The translations under genes were made by a program, and so were the position numbers. A DNA stretch of 63,921 nt, filler included, from an uncultured Methanosarcinales archaeon (GTDB lineage: Archaea; Nanobdellota; Nanobdellia; Woesearchaeales; JABMPP01), in the NCBI GenBank assembly GCA_964604995.1. It is 4 parts of 4 records of this genome, joined end to end, with 100 filler letters (N's around TTAATTAATTAA, not from the genome) between each part and the next. Parts side by side here need not be neighbours in the genome. Positions count along the whole stretch, not along the records: positions 1 to 20,778 come from CAZSAD010000029.1; positions 20,879 to 40,870 come from CAZSAD010000030.1; 2 more parts are not named here. One strand, 5' to 3'. Below the pieces are notes generated by a model that searched no databases, was not told the DNA's origin, and worked only from the letters and a program-made list of their open reading frames with translations. Of the stretch, positions 20,146 to 29,963 are shown piece by piece (the first letter of the stretch is position 1; every line of letters begins with the position of its first letter).

Positions 20146-20778
20146 ATGGTAGACACACTAATAAAAGAAGAAAAAGAGAAAATTGAAGACTCAGTTTTAT
20201 TAGCTGAAAATATAAAAAATCAGCAAAATGAATCTGTTAGTGAAGATGATAGTATATTATCCCTTTTAAAATTGATTGAAGAAAAAGACAGAATTATTTT
20301 AGGTGATGAAGTAATAGATGAAACAACAAATGATAACAAAAAGAAAGAGATAATATCCTCTGATGATAAACTAAATAAAAAAAATAATGGAATTAGAAAT
20401 TATATAGTAACTGATGAAGCAATAAAAAAATATTATCCAATAATGGTGCCTTATGTTATCTTAAGAGTATTTGGAAAATATATTAGAACACCAAACAAAT
20501 TTAATGAATGGGTTAAAAACAATATCAACACTTTACTTCTAAAATCACCGGAAATATCAAAAAGACTATTAGAATTAAAAGATGTTGATGATGGATTAAT
20601 AGAATTATTGTGTGAATTAGAAATGGTTTCAAAAAATAAAATTTCTGGAAAAACAGATATATCAAGAAATATAAAAAATTATCATGAAAGTATAGTTAAT
20701 ATTAAAGAAGATAAAAATCAAGAAAATAAAAAGAAAATAAAATCTAAACTTATATATCTTACAGAGATTGCAAGTGGA
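20146..20778 (+). CDS. Hypothetical charged protein, 3'-truncated at gap
   Basis: ORF 8 nt downstream of the previous stop, running into the N-linker. Confidence 0.55.
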
Positions 20779-20878
20779 NNNNNNNNNNNNNNNNNNNNNN
20801 NNNNNNNNNNNNNNNNNNNNNNTTAATTAATTAANNNNNNNNNNNNNNNNNNNNNNNNNNNNNNNNNNNNNNNNNNNN
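20779..20878. other. Artificial contig linker
   Basis: 100 nt of N with a central TTAATTAATTAA (stops in all six frames). Confidence 0.97.
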
Positions 20879-20887
20879 TATTATTTT

Positions 20888-20912
20888 GCCGCGGTCGCTT
20901 AGCCCGGTATAG
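20888..20912 (+). repeat. Exact duplicate of the first 25 nt of the downstream tRNA-Ser
   Basis: GCCGCGGTCGCTTAGCCCGGTATAG is identical to 21004-21028. Confidence 0.92.
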
Positions 20913-21003
20913 TGGAGCTGACCTCAGCTCGCACGGGAGCTAGGGGAGACATAACTTTGTTAGTCTCCCAAACTGCGATCGAAGATAAATATATAATATT
21001 ACT

Positions 21004-21131
21004 GCCGCGGTCGCTTAGCCCGGTATAGCGCTGGATTGCTATCGACGTAATTTAGTCGGTTAGAAACCTGCTATATCGCACAAATATCCAGTGTCCGAAA
21101 GGACTCGGGAGTTCAAATCTCCCCCGCGGCG
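21004..21131 (+). tRNA. tRNA-Ser(GCT) with a 44-nt intron at 37/38 (21042-21085)
   Basis: Acceptor GCCGCGG/CCGCGGC, anticodon stem CTGGA/TCCAG, TT-GCT-A, long variable arm GTCC-GAAA-GGAC, T arm GGGAG-TTCAAAT-CTCCC, discriminator G, T-rich trailer. Confidence 0.92.
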
Positions 21132-21146
21132 TATTTTATTTTTTAA

Positions 21147-22241
21147 TTATAATTTTTTTCTTTCAACAATTTCTTCAAGAATCTTTTTTTGAGTTGGATT
21201 CCAAGTCTTAAAACCTGGATAGGTTCCAGCTTTTATTACTTCATCAAATTTTGGAAGCCAAACTTTAGATTCCGGTCCATAACAAGCTTGTGTTATTTCA
21301 ACTAATTTTTCATGAATTTCAGGATTAATTGAAGCAATTATAACTTGTTGTGTTGGGGTATTCATCTCTTGTTTAGTTTCTGGAACTTTGATTGGATTTC
21401 CATACATATCGCTTGCAACCCCACCTAAAAGTGGCATGAAAACTGCATTGCCTGCAACATCATATATCCCACCAACAGCATCAGTAAGTTGGATGTGCAT
21501 TCTTCCTTCAGCGAGTTTCATTCCTGCATCAATATTGCTTCCCATCTCCCTCATCATTTGGGCATTGTATTTTCCATTATGGCCCTTATCAAAATTTTCA
21601 ACAACTAACATTTTCCATTTTGCTTTTCTTTCAGCCTGAAAATTGGTTGGCCCATATAATGCATCCACATAAGACATTAAAACTTCCTTTCCACTTTTTA
21701 TTTTCTCATATTTATTTTGTAATGGTTGTAATTTTACTTTAGTGTTATCAAGAATGTGGTAATTTGAATTTGAATCAATTGCAAGTTCAACTCTGTAAAC
21801 TCCATTTTGTTTATCTCCAATTAGCATGTATTTTTCAAATGGATGTAAAAGTGCTGCAGCAATAAATTCTCCATTTTCTGCAGCAATTAATCCTTGTGTC
21901 GAAAGGGGCAATTTTGGCTGTGCATTTGCTGTACCATCAAAAGAGTCTCCAAAGAATAATAATTTTCCTTTTAAATTATCTTCTCCTTGAATTTCACTTT
22001 CTTCAAGATTATAAACTGCATTGGGATATTTTGGGAAAATACTTTTTCTCATTTCTTCTTCTGCATAAGTATCAATAATTGTTCTTACTGTATCACCATC
22101 TTTAGTTTTGTATTCTGGACCTAATTGACTTAAGTCTTTTCCAAAATTATCTTTTACAACTCTTGCAGCTTTGACAAGTGCTAAACTCATATCTTTTGCA
22201 ACAACACTTGGTTCGTAAGATGACATTTTGTTTTCCCCCAA
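21147..22241 (-). CDS. Inositol monophosphatase / FBPase (FIG superfamily) protein
   Basis: T.ID..AE, EES, DSFDGTAN, GIYDVAG. Confidence 0.8.
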   Translation of the reverse strand: MGENKMSSYEPSVVAKDMSLALVKAARVVKDNFGKDLSQLGPEYKTKDGDTVRTIIDTYAEEEMRKSIFPKYPNAVYNLEESEIQGEDNLKGKLLFFGDSFDGTANAQPKLPLSTQGLIAAENGEFIAAALLHPFEKYMLIGDKQNGVYRVELAIDSNSNYHILDNTKVKLQPLQNKYEKIKSGKEVLMSYVDALYGPTNFQAERKAKWKMLVVENFDKGHNGKYNAQMMREMGSNIDAGMKLAEGRMHIQLTDAVGGIYDVAGNAVFMPLLGGVASDMYGNPIKVPETKQEMNTPTQQVIIASINPEIHEKLVEITQACYGPESKVWLPKFDEVIKAGTYPGFKTWNPTQKKILEEIVERKKL

Positions 22242-22445
22242 ATATTTATCATAATAACTTTGTTTAATCTATTAATTAAACTAATTCTTGAAATTTGATT
22301 TGTTACTACTATTAGGTATTAACTAATATATAAACCTTTCTGTATTTTTATATATGAAAATAATTCTTTTTAAATGGTAAAATCTTAATAATTATTAGAT
22401 GAAAAAAATGAGAAAAATAAAGAATAGGAATAAATTTTTAATATT

Positions 22446-23201
22446 TTAGAAATTAATAGCTTTTTTTGCAATATCTAATGTTTCAAATAGTTTTAAATCA
22501 GAAGGAATTCCCATTCCATACATGCCTTTCATTTCAGAACCTATGTTATACACTATAAGTTTTTTCCCTTTTTCTACCATTTGGTTATATGCGGGCGCAA
22601 CATAATATTCATTATTTACTTTGAGTTTTTTTAATATCATTTCTTCAGATGCGTCAACAAAATCTTTTCCGTGCTTGTAATTATAAATCCCCACTGTTGC
22701 TTCATCTGAAACAGGTTGTTTTTCTAATAATTCAATCACTTTGTTGTTCTTATCAAATCTAACAAAAGACCATTTAGGGTCATTTGATTTAAGAGTCATA
22801 ATCAAACCATCAGCATGTTGCTTTTCTATTTGATTTAGGTAATCATTTATGTCTATATCAACATACTGATCACTGTTTGCAATCATCAATGGATCATCAT
22901 TGTTTATGTATTCTTTAGCAAGAAGAACAGTGCATGCAGCTCCTTCAGTTACACCATCGACCGATATTACAATTCCATTTGGGCACCAATTTTTTAATTT
23001 TTTATCAATCTGGTATTTATCTATATGTTCTTTCAAACAAAGAAAAATAAATCTATGTTCAGTTTTTGGTTTAAGATTATGAATAACAACTTCAATCATT
23101 GGTTTTTTTCCAAGAACAGGGATTAATGGTTTTGGTAATTCATACCCTTCTTTTTGAAATCTACTTCCTCTTCCAGCCATTGGAACTACTATATTAATCA
23201 T
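22446..23201 (-). CDS. BcbE-like NTP-transferase / GT2-like protein
   Basis: IVVPMAGRGSRF..GY..PKPLI, TEGAACTV, IANSDQ, VNNEYYVAP. Confidence 0.88.
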   Translation of the reverse strand: MINIVVPMAGRGSRFQKEGYELPKPLIPVLGKKPMIEVVIHNLKPKTEHRFIFLCLKEHIDKYQIDKKLKNWCPNGIVISVDGVTEGAACTVLLAKEYINNDDPLMIANSDQYVDIDINDYLNQIEKQHADGLIMTLKSNDPKWSFVRFDKNNKVIELLEKQPVSDEATVGIYNYKHGKDFVDASEEMILKKLKVNNEYYVAPAYNQMVEKGKKLIVYNIGSEMKGMYGMGIPSDLKLFETLDIAKKAINF

Positions 23202-23563
23202 TTTTTATCACCGATATTATTATTGATATTATCTACTGAGTATTTGTCATTTTTTGCACCGGGTATTTTAACAACTGTTGTAATTGTATCAGTAATTGCA
23301 ACAAAATCTGAAGCATCTTTAGGTGATAGAATAATTATTTCCCCTTCTTTATAATCTTTCCCATTCATTTTAACATGACCCTTTATAATTACAGTAAATT
23401 CAGTTGCAATTTTATGGAGGTGTTTTTCTTCGTGATCGCCTGCTTTATATTTTTTTACAGCAACTTCCACATCTTGTGTTTTCCAAAGTGTAGGTTCAAA
23501 ATCGCCGATAAACCATCCTTTTTTCATATCAGAAAGCATTGCTTTTTTCATAATTTCACACAC
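23198..23563 (-). CDS. Cupin-fold protein
   Basis: GWFIGDF.P, EKHLHKIATEFTVI..G. Confidence 0.8.
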   Translation of the reverse strand: MCEIMKKAMLSDMKKGWFIGDFEPTLWKTQDVEVAVKKYKAGDHEEKHLHKIATEFTVIIKGHVKMNGKDYKEGEIIILSPKDASDFVAITDTITTVVKIPGAKNDKYSVDNINNNIGDKK

Positions 23564-23600
23564 ATTTATTACTTATTACTTTTAAATTTCATTAGTTATT

Positions 23601-24341
23601 TTAATTGCTTTTTTTGTTTAACATCTCATATTCTTTTATTTTTTGAGGCGAATAAAATGAATGATATTTCCCTTCATCAATTTTTATTGCTTCAAGATTC
23701 ATTCCTTGAAGCACTAGTTCATTAATAACTGGAGCAATAAAAAAAAGTCCATTAACACTTGCATCTTTTTTTATTGAAATCATTGATGCATTAATAAAAT
23801 AACTTCCTTTTTTGAAATAATAAAATCCAGCGATTGCATTTCTACTTATTGGTCTTTTTTCAGCAGTTTCAACAATTTTATTTTTTTCATTTAATCTTAC
23901 ATATGACCACTTGGGATGAATTGAATCAAAGCAGACTACTCCAGCATCAATATTCTTATCTTGGAATTTTGAAATTATATTATTGAAATTTTCATCTATT
24001 ATGCTGTCAGCATTGGAGATAATTAAAGGTTCATCATTATTTATGTGCTGTATTGCAAGCATTGCACTACATACAGCTCCTTTCGTTTCTCCTCTTGTTT
24101 TTATGATAATACAATTTTTATCAGTTAATAATTTAAGTATATTATCAAGATGATAACTTTGACAGTCTTTTTCATTTACAATAAAAATAAATCTTTTTTC
24201 TATATTCAACTTTAAAAAATTTTCAAGAACTAGTTGTATCATTGGTTTGCCATTTATTTCTATTACAGCTTTTGGGAATTGGTGTTCTTCAGAGTCAAAA
24301 AACGTTGATTTTCCAGCAATTGGTATTAAGATGTTTATCAT
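23601..24341 (-). CDS. Second BcbE-like NTP-transferase / GT2-like protein
   Basis: ILIPIAG.S.FF...FPK..IEI.GKPMI, TKGAVCS, ISNAD, HPKWSYV. Confidence 0.88.
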   Translation of the reverse strand: MINILIPIAGKSTFFDSEEHQFPKAVIEINGKPMIQLVLENFLKLNIEKRFIFIVNEKDCQSYHLDNILKLLTDKNCIIIKTRGETKGAVCSAMLAIQHINNDEPLIISNADSIIDENFNNIISKFQDKNIDAGVVCFDSIHPKWSYVRLNEKNKIVETAEKRPISRNAIAGFYYFKKGSYFINASMISIKKDASVNGLFFIAPVINELVLQGMNLEAIKIDEGKYHSFYSPQKIKEYEMLNKKSN

Positions 24342-24973
24342 TTTCTCTCCTCTTCAATTTCTTTTATTTCATCTTTAATTTTTTCATAGCTTACATCATA
24401 AACATTATTTACTTTAAGTAAATGTCCACCACTTGCAATTGCAGCTTTAATTCCATTTTCATTATCTTCTAATATTAGGCATTCTTCAGGAGTCACTCCT
24501 AATTTTTCCATTGCATTAAGATATATCATTGGGTTAGGTTTTGGTATCTCAACATCTTGAAATGACATCACCAATTCAAATTTATCAAGTAAATTTGATT
24601 TATGGAGCATTGTTTCAACACTTACTTTTATTGCGTTTGAACAAACGGCAAGTTTGTATCCTTTTGTTTTTAATTTTGAGATTGCATATTCATGTTGAAA
24701 TACTGGTTTGCATTTTGCATGAATAATTTGCATTGTATAAATCTGCTTTAATTCATTGATAAAAGAATGCAATTCTTTTGGTAACCCCATTTCAAGAGTT
24801 AACATTTCAAGCTTTTTTTTTGTCGGAAGACCATCATATGTAATCAAATGGTCATATCTACTTATTTCCATTCCAAATAATCCTAACGCTTTATTTAGTG
24901 ATTCATAATGCCAATCTTTTGCATCAACTAATACACCATCTAAGTCAAAAATAATAGCTTTAATTTTTGCCAT
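24338..24973 (-). CDS. HAD-superfamily phosphatase
   Basis: FDLDGVLVD, CSN, KPNP.IY, EDNENG. Confidence 0.92.
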   Translation of the reverse strand: MAKIKAIIFDLDGVLVDAKDWHYESLNKALGLFGMEISRYDHLITYDGLPTKKKLEMLTLEMGLPKELHSFINELKQIYTMQIIHAKCKPVFQHEYAISKLKTKGYKLAVCSNAIKVSVETMLHKSNLLDKFELVMSFQDVEIPKPNPMIYLNAMEKLGVTPEECLILEDNENGIKAAIASGGHLLKVNNVYDVSYEKIKDEIKEIEEERK

Positions 24974-25613
24974 AAAAAATCCCTCTTGCATCTTCAGGTA
25001 AATCTGTACATAAAATTATTTTATTCTCTTTATCCTCTTTTATGGATTTCATCTTTAATAAATGATTCCAAAAATCAGTGTGGTTTCTTTTGTGTAATTC
25101 GGGTGAAATTATCCCTATCTTTTTATTATTATTAATGTGGTATTTTAATTCTTCGTTTGTTATCCAATCACTATAAAATGAGTCAATCCACACAAATTCA
25201 GATTTATCATATAACGGAGGCGTTTTTTCAATTTCACTTTTTCTAGTAGCAGTTCTGTACCTTTTTTTTATATATTGCATTTGTTCTGGAACAGACATAT
25301 CAAATACAAAATAATTCTTTATGCCATATTTTTTTAGTTTTTTATCTAAAATGGTATGGAGACCGTCAGATTTTATGTTTAATGCTAAAATCATATTTTT
25401 ATTTTTTTGTGAATACTTATTATAAATCTTAAAAAAAGTATCTAAAGAAAGACATTTTTCATCTGCTATATCATGTGAAATAACTAATTTTCCTTTGTAA
25501 TCTCTTATGTCTGTTTCTGTTCCAAACCCCAATGAAAATGAGCGTTCAAAAGCTAAAGAAGTATTTTTTTCCTTTTTATTTTTCCAATATCCTCTATGGC
25601 TTATTATCATCAT
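24960..25613 (-). CDS. Glycerophosphodiester phosphodiesterase-like protein
   Basis: ISHRG...KNT..AF, ETDIRD, VISHD, ISPELH, CTD. Confidence 0.85.
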   Translation of the reverse strand: MMIISHRGYWKNKKEKNTSLAFERSFSLGFGTETDIRDYKGKLVISHDIADEKCLSLDTFFKIYNKYSQKNKNMILALNIKSDGLHTILDKKLKKYGIKNYFVFDMSVPEQMQYIKKRYRTATRKSEIEKTPPLYDKSEFVWIDSFYSDWITNEELKYHINNNKKIGIISPELHKRNHTDFWNHLLKMKSIKEDKENKIILCTDLPEDARGIFYGKN

Positions 25614-25725
25614 TTATATTCATCTCGTGCTAAAGGATTTTGTTATATTTCCACTAATTTAATTCACGTCTAAAATAGAGTATTAAAAAACATATAAAAA
25701 GCTTACTAACAAAAATACCTTTGAT

Positions 25726-27186
25726 CTATCTTTTCATTTTTATAACATTAATTATAATTTCTTTTTCTTGTTTGGTGAATACTCCAAACAAATAAAGACC
25801 CACTAAATACACCAATCCTCCTAATACAATTGTGGATATTTTACTAATAAAATTAGTTGGATGGATAAATGCAATACTAGCTGCCATTAATAATGCACTT
25901 AAGATTATTGTTGGAATTTTCAAATAAGTCATATCAAATTTTACATAATCCTTTGTATACATTAAAAATACAACTGATAAAAATATATATGAAAGAGTTG
26001 TTGCAATTCCTGCACCATAATAACTATACTTGGGGATTAATAAGAAATTTAAAAGTAAATTAACAATCATTCCAGCAACGTATATTTTTGCAATTTTTTT
26101 CGTTTCATTATTAAGGAGCAATGCAAATGTACAACTAACATTTATCCCTTCAGTTAAAGGGAATAAAATCAAGGTTGGAATTATGCTTATCGATTCAAGA
26201 TATTTATAACCTGAAATCATTGTAATTATCTCTTTGGATAATATTGCAAATCCTACAAGAGCAGGTATTATAATTAGCATAATATATTTTAAAACGCTGT
26301 TGAGAAGAATATTGCTTTTTTCTTTTCTATTTTTGTTAAAATTTTCAACAATGTAAGGGTAAGCACCAATACTAATTGCAGCAGTTGACAATATCAAAAT
26401 TGTATTAAGAAGAGAGTAAACATAAGAAAATTGTGCAACAGCAATTGCTGAATGATAAATCCCAAGTATATATCTATTGCTTGAAGAAATTATCCACTGG
26501 GCGCTTACCATAACTAAAAGTGGAAGACTAAATACAAGTGCTTTTTTTACATACATCCAATCTATTTTTCTAAGTGAAAAAATTTCTGATTTTTTTAAAT
26601 ATATTACTATCACAATAAATGCTATTATCACAATCAATAATCTTATAGAAAAAATTTGGTTTATTGATATTCCTACCAAAAGAGCAATAATTATTACTGG
26701 TATGTTCCAAAAACTTCTAAACAAAAATTCTATTGAAACAGTTTTGAACGATTCTTTGTTTGCATAAAAAAATGACGAAAATAAACTTCCAAAAACAGTT
26801 ATTCCTGAAGCAACTACTACAAGTAGACCAGGGAGCAATAATGATTCATAACCTAATGATTTTATTATAAAATAACCCAAAGATAAAGTTATTATAAAAT
26901 TTATGATAAGAGTTATTTCAATAAATCCAACAATGCTATGAAATCTTTTTATTTTTGTTTTGTTATCTTTAGCTGTTAAATCTCTAACTATAAATTCATT
27001 TAATCCTAAACACAATAAAGTTGAAAATAAGGTCGCTGTTACATTTAATATGGTGTAAATTCCAAAATCATTTTGTGAAAGAATTCTTGTTAAAATAATA
27101 AATGAAAGAAAAGTAACTACAAAATCGAGGATTTTTATAAAATAAATGCCTCCTACCTGCTTTGTTATATTTTTGTACTCTTTCAT
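25726..27186 (-). CDS. Wzx/MATE-like polysaccharide flippase
   Basis: About 14 TM helices, LTRIL...DFG, NFLLIPKY...GAGIAT. Confidence 0.9.
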   Translation of the reverse strand: MKEYKNITKQVGGIYFIKILDFVVTFLSFIILTRILSQNDFGIYTILNVTATLFSTLLCLGLNEFIVRDLTAKDNKTKIKRFHSIVGFIEITLIINFIITLSLGYFIIKSLGYESLLLPGLLVVVASGITVFGSLFSSFFYANKESFKTVSIEFLFRSFWNIPVIIIALLVGISINQIFSIRLLIVIIAFIVIVIYLKKSEIFSLRKIDWMYVKKALVFSLPLLVMVSAQWIISSSNRYILGIYHSAIAVAQFSYVYSLLNTILILSTAAISIGAYPYIVENFNKNRKEKSNILLNSVLKYIMLIIIPALVGFAILSKEIITMISGYKYLESISIIPTLILFPLTEGINVSCTFALLLNNETKKIAKIYVAGMIVNLLLNFLLIPKYSYYGAGIATTLSYIFLSVVFLMYTKDYVKFDMTYLKIPTIILSALLMAASIAFIHPTNFISKISTIVLGGLVYLVGLYLFGVFTKQEKEIIINVIKMKR

Positions 27187-27204
27187 TTTAGCTACTTTGG
27201 TATT

Positions 27205-28446
27205 TTAATTGTTTTTTATAACTTTTTTAATTTTGCCTGAAAAATTATATTCTAAAAGGTTTATCCTAAATATTTTATATACTATCGCAAGAAAAACTTG
27301 TTTTATAAGATATAATTTGTAAATTGCTCTTTCCCCTATTGGCCCTTCCCAGATAAACCACCTATCTTTTTTACTGTTCTTTACAATTCTTACATTATTA
27401 AGTCCAAATCTTAAATTAAGATAGTTTACAGATATAAAGGGGTTGAATCTGATCATTATCCCCTTTTCATATTCTCTAAAACTTAAATCTATGTCTTCTT
27501 TTTGATTCCAAAATCTCTTTTCATCCCATTTACATATTTTCCAAATATTTTTTTTCATAATGCTAAGTCCACCATGCGAGCAAATTTTACTGGACCAATC
27601 ATAAAAATTCATTTTATCAACAACTTGTATACTTTCACGTGGATTAAATTTTAATGAAGAATCTCCTCTAAATTTTGTCCAACCTGTAACATATTTTCCA
27701 TAAACCCCTTTGCATTCTAAAACATTAAAATAATTTCCATATTTCTTGAAATTTTTATGCCAATTATTTTCAAGAATAACCCTATCATGGACAACCATAA
27801 TATTTTCAAATTTGGCATTTTGACAGATAATATTCTTTTTTTTAGTAATCCAACCTTTTTCATTTAATTTATCAAAAAATAAGTATTTTACATTTTTCCA
27901 TTTTTTTATAGCCTTTTCATCAACAAGCTTTCCACAAATAATAATTTCATAATTGGGTATTTTTTGTTTTTCAACACTCTCAATAAATTTAATAATATTA
28001 TCATCTCTTGTACCATTGCATATTATTCCAAAAGACCAAGAATCAATGCTATCATTTACATTTAAACTTTTAGCTGTTTTTTCAAAAATTGCAAATATAT
28101 TTTCTTTCTCGTATATTATTTCTTTTTTTCTTATTTTATTTTTCCCAACAAGAACAATTTCTTTGATAATTTCCAGTTGCTTAATTTTTTCAAAATTTGT
28201 TAAATTCAAAACGAGAAATCCTCCTTTCTTTACTGAAAAAATCATTTCCTGAAAAATTATCCTATCATATTTTGTTGTTCCAATTGTATTTTCAGTATAA
28301 ATGAAATCAAATTTCTCTCTTCCATAATTATTTAATGAAAAAAGCCCATCAATTTCAGAATCCACATTTTTAATATTTTTTAAACTACTACCTTTCGATA
28401 TTTGTATTCCTTTTCCTTTAAAGTATTTATTTAACATAACTAACAC
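27205..28446 (-). CDS. GT-A glycosyltransferase with N-terminal methyltransferase-like remnant
   Basis: WSFGII, YEIIICG, WITKKKN, VVHDR, WDE...EDIDLS. Confidence 0.7.
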   Translation of the reverse strand: MLVMLNKYFKGKGIQISKGSSLKNIKNVDSEIDGLFSLNNYGREKFDFIYTENTIGTTKYDRIIFQEMIFSVKKGGFLVLNLTNFEKIKQLEIIKEIVLVGKNKIRKKEIIYEKENIFAIFEKTAKSLNVNDSIDSWSFGIICNGTRDDNIIKFIESVEKQKIPNYEIIICGKLVDEKAIKKWKNVKYLFFDKLNEKGWITKKKNIICQNAKFENIMVVHDRVILENNWHKNFKKYGNYFNVLECKGVYGKYVTGWTKFRGDSSLKFNPRESIQVVDKMNFYDWSSKICSHGGLSIMKKNIWKICKWDEKRFWNQKEDIDLSFREYEKGIMIRFNPFISVNYLNLRFGLNNVRIVKNSKKDRWFIWEGPIGERAIYKLYLIKQVFLAIVYKIFRINLLEYNFSGKIKKVIKNN

Positions 28447-28500
28447 TCTTGGTTATATCAATGGCAAAGGTATTTAAATATGCTTATTTATTTTAATTGC

Positions 28501-29046
28501 ATGAAACTTAATATTGGTTGCGGTAATTCTCCTAAAAAAGGCTTTGTCAATTTAGATATTGTAAAGTTAAAAGGTGTAGATGTAATTCATAATCTTGAAG
28601 TTTCTCCATTGCCTTTCAAAACTTCTAGTGTATCATATATTTTAGCTGACAATGTTTTTGAACATATTCAAAATCTTGATGGACTTTTAAACGAAATTTA
28701 TAGAATCTCAAAGAATGAAGCAATAACTAAAATTATTGTGCCTCACTTTAGATCAGTTGGTGCATTTTCTGACCCAACACATAAAAGATGGTTTACAAGT
28801 TCTACTTTTGATTATTTTCAAAAGGACAATCCCAACAATTTTTATATAAAAACTAACTTTCAAATTGTTTCAAAAAAACTTTTATTTTCATTTGGCGATG
28901 CAAAAAAGATAAGGGCCAAAATCTATAATTTGTTGGTTATGCCAATTGAATGGTTGGCAAATTTGAATCCTCAACTTTATGACAACCTTTTTTCTAACTT
29001 TATTTCTCCACACACTATTGTTTGTGAATTAAAGGTAGTGAAATAA
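28501..29046 (+). CDS. Class I SAM-dependent methyltransferase
   Basis: KLNIGCG, VFEHI, EIYRISK, DPTH. Confidence 0.88.
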   Translation: MKLNIGCGNSPKKGFVNLDIVKLKGVDVIHNLEVSPLPFKTSSVSYILADNVFEHIQNLDGLLNEIYRISKNEAITKIIVPHFRSVGAFSDPTHKRWFTSSTFDYFQKDNPNNFYIKTNFQIVSKKLLFSFGDAKKIRAKIYNLLVMPIEWLANLNPQLYDNLFSNFISPHTIVCELKVVK

Positions 29047-29049
29047 ACA

Positions 29050-29937
29050 ATGAAAAAAATTGATCTTTCAATTGTAATACTTGACTGGAATAATTTTAAT
29101 TACTTAAAAAATTGTCTTCGAACTTTGTTTAACAACACCAAAGGGATTATATTTGAGGTAATTATTATTGACAATGGTTCATCTGACAAATTTGAAGTGC
29201 AATCTTTAAAGAAAATATATCCTTCTTTAATTATCAAACGCAATAAAGAAAATAAGGGATTTGGTCAGGGTAATCAACAAGGAATTGAACTTTCTAGAGG
29301 AAGATATGTTTTGACTTTGAATAATGATACTGAAATTCAAAATAATCTTTTTAAAAAAATGGTTGATTTTATGGATGAAAATAAAAAAGTTGGGGCAATG
29401 GCAGTACTAAGTTATTCAGATCGTCAGAAGAAAATACCAAATAATGAAGGATATAAAAAGCAAATGAAGCCTTGGACTTATTTTTTAAATGAAGTTATTA
29501 ACCCTCCCCTTTCAAAACTTTTTCCAAATTCAAAATTTTTCAGAAATTTACTTTCAATGTCGGCAATATCCCCATATGACAGTTGTGAAGTTGAACATTT
29601 AAATGGATCATGCATGATTTATCGCAAAATTGCTTTTGATGAAGTTGGTGGATTTGATCCTAAATTTTTTCTTTTTTGTTCAGAAACAGATTGGTGTTTA
29701 AGAGCAAAGAAAAAAGGATGGAAACTTTACTACTTAGCAACTTCTTATATAATCCATTTTGGAGGAAAATCATTTCCAAAAGTTTCAGAAAGAGCAAGAT
29801 TGTTTGATAATGATTATAAAATCTTTATCAAAAAGAACTATTCTTTTTTTTCTGTAGTTAGTTATAAAATTCTTAGATTAATTATGGTGCCATTCAACGC
29901 ATTGTATTATTATATCGGTAGGAAAATTAAGAATTAG
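29050..29937 (+). CDS. Glycosyltransferase family 2
   Basis: IIDNGSSD, NKGFGQGNQQG, LNNDT, GGFD..FFLFCSETDWC. Confidence 0.92.
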   Translation: MKKIDLSIVILDWNNFNYLKNCLRTLFNNTKGIIFEVIIIDNGSSDKFEVQSLKKIYPSLIIKRNKENKGFGQGNQQGIELSRGRYVLTLNNDTEIQNNLFKKMVDFMDENKKVGAMAVLSYSDRQKKIPNNEGYKKQMKPWTYFLNEVINPPLSKLFPNSKFFRNLLSMSAISPYDSCEVEHLNGSCMIYRKIAFDEVGGFDPKFFLFCSETDWCLRAKKKGWKLYYLATSYIIHFGGKSFPKVSERARLFDNDYKIFIKKNYSFFSVVSYKILRLIMVPFNALYYYIGRKIKN

Positions 29938-29963
29938 TCATCTAAAAAATAAAAAAGAATTAA

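Noticed and set aside
20823..20834. TTAATTAATTAA palindrome recurring three times
   Set aside because: Artificial six-frame-stop linker inside N-runs.
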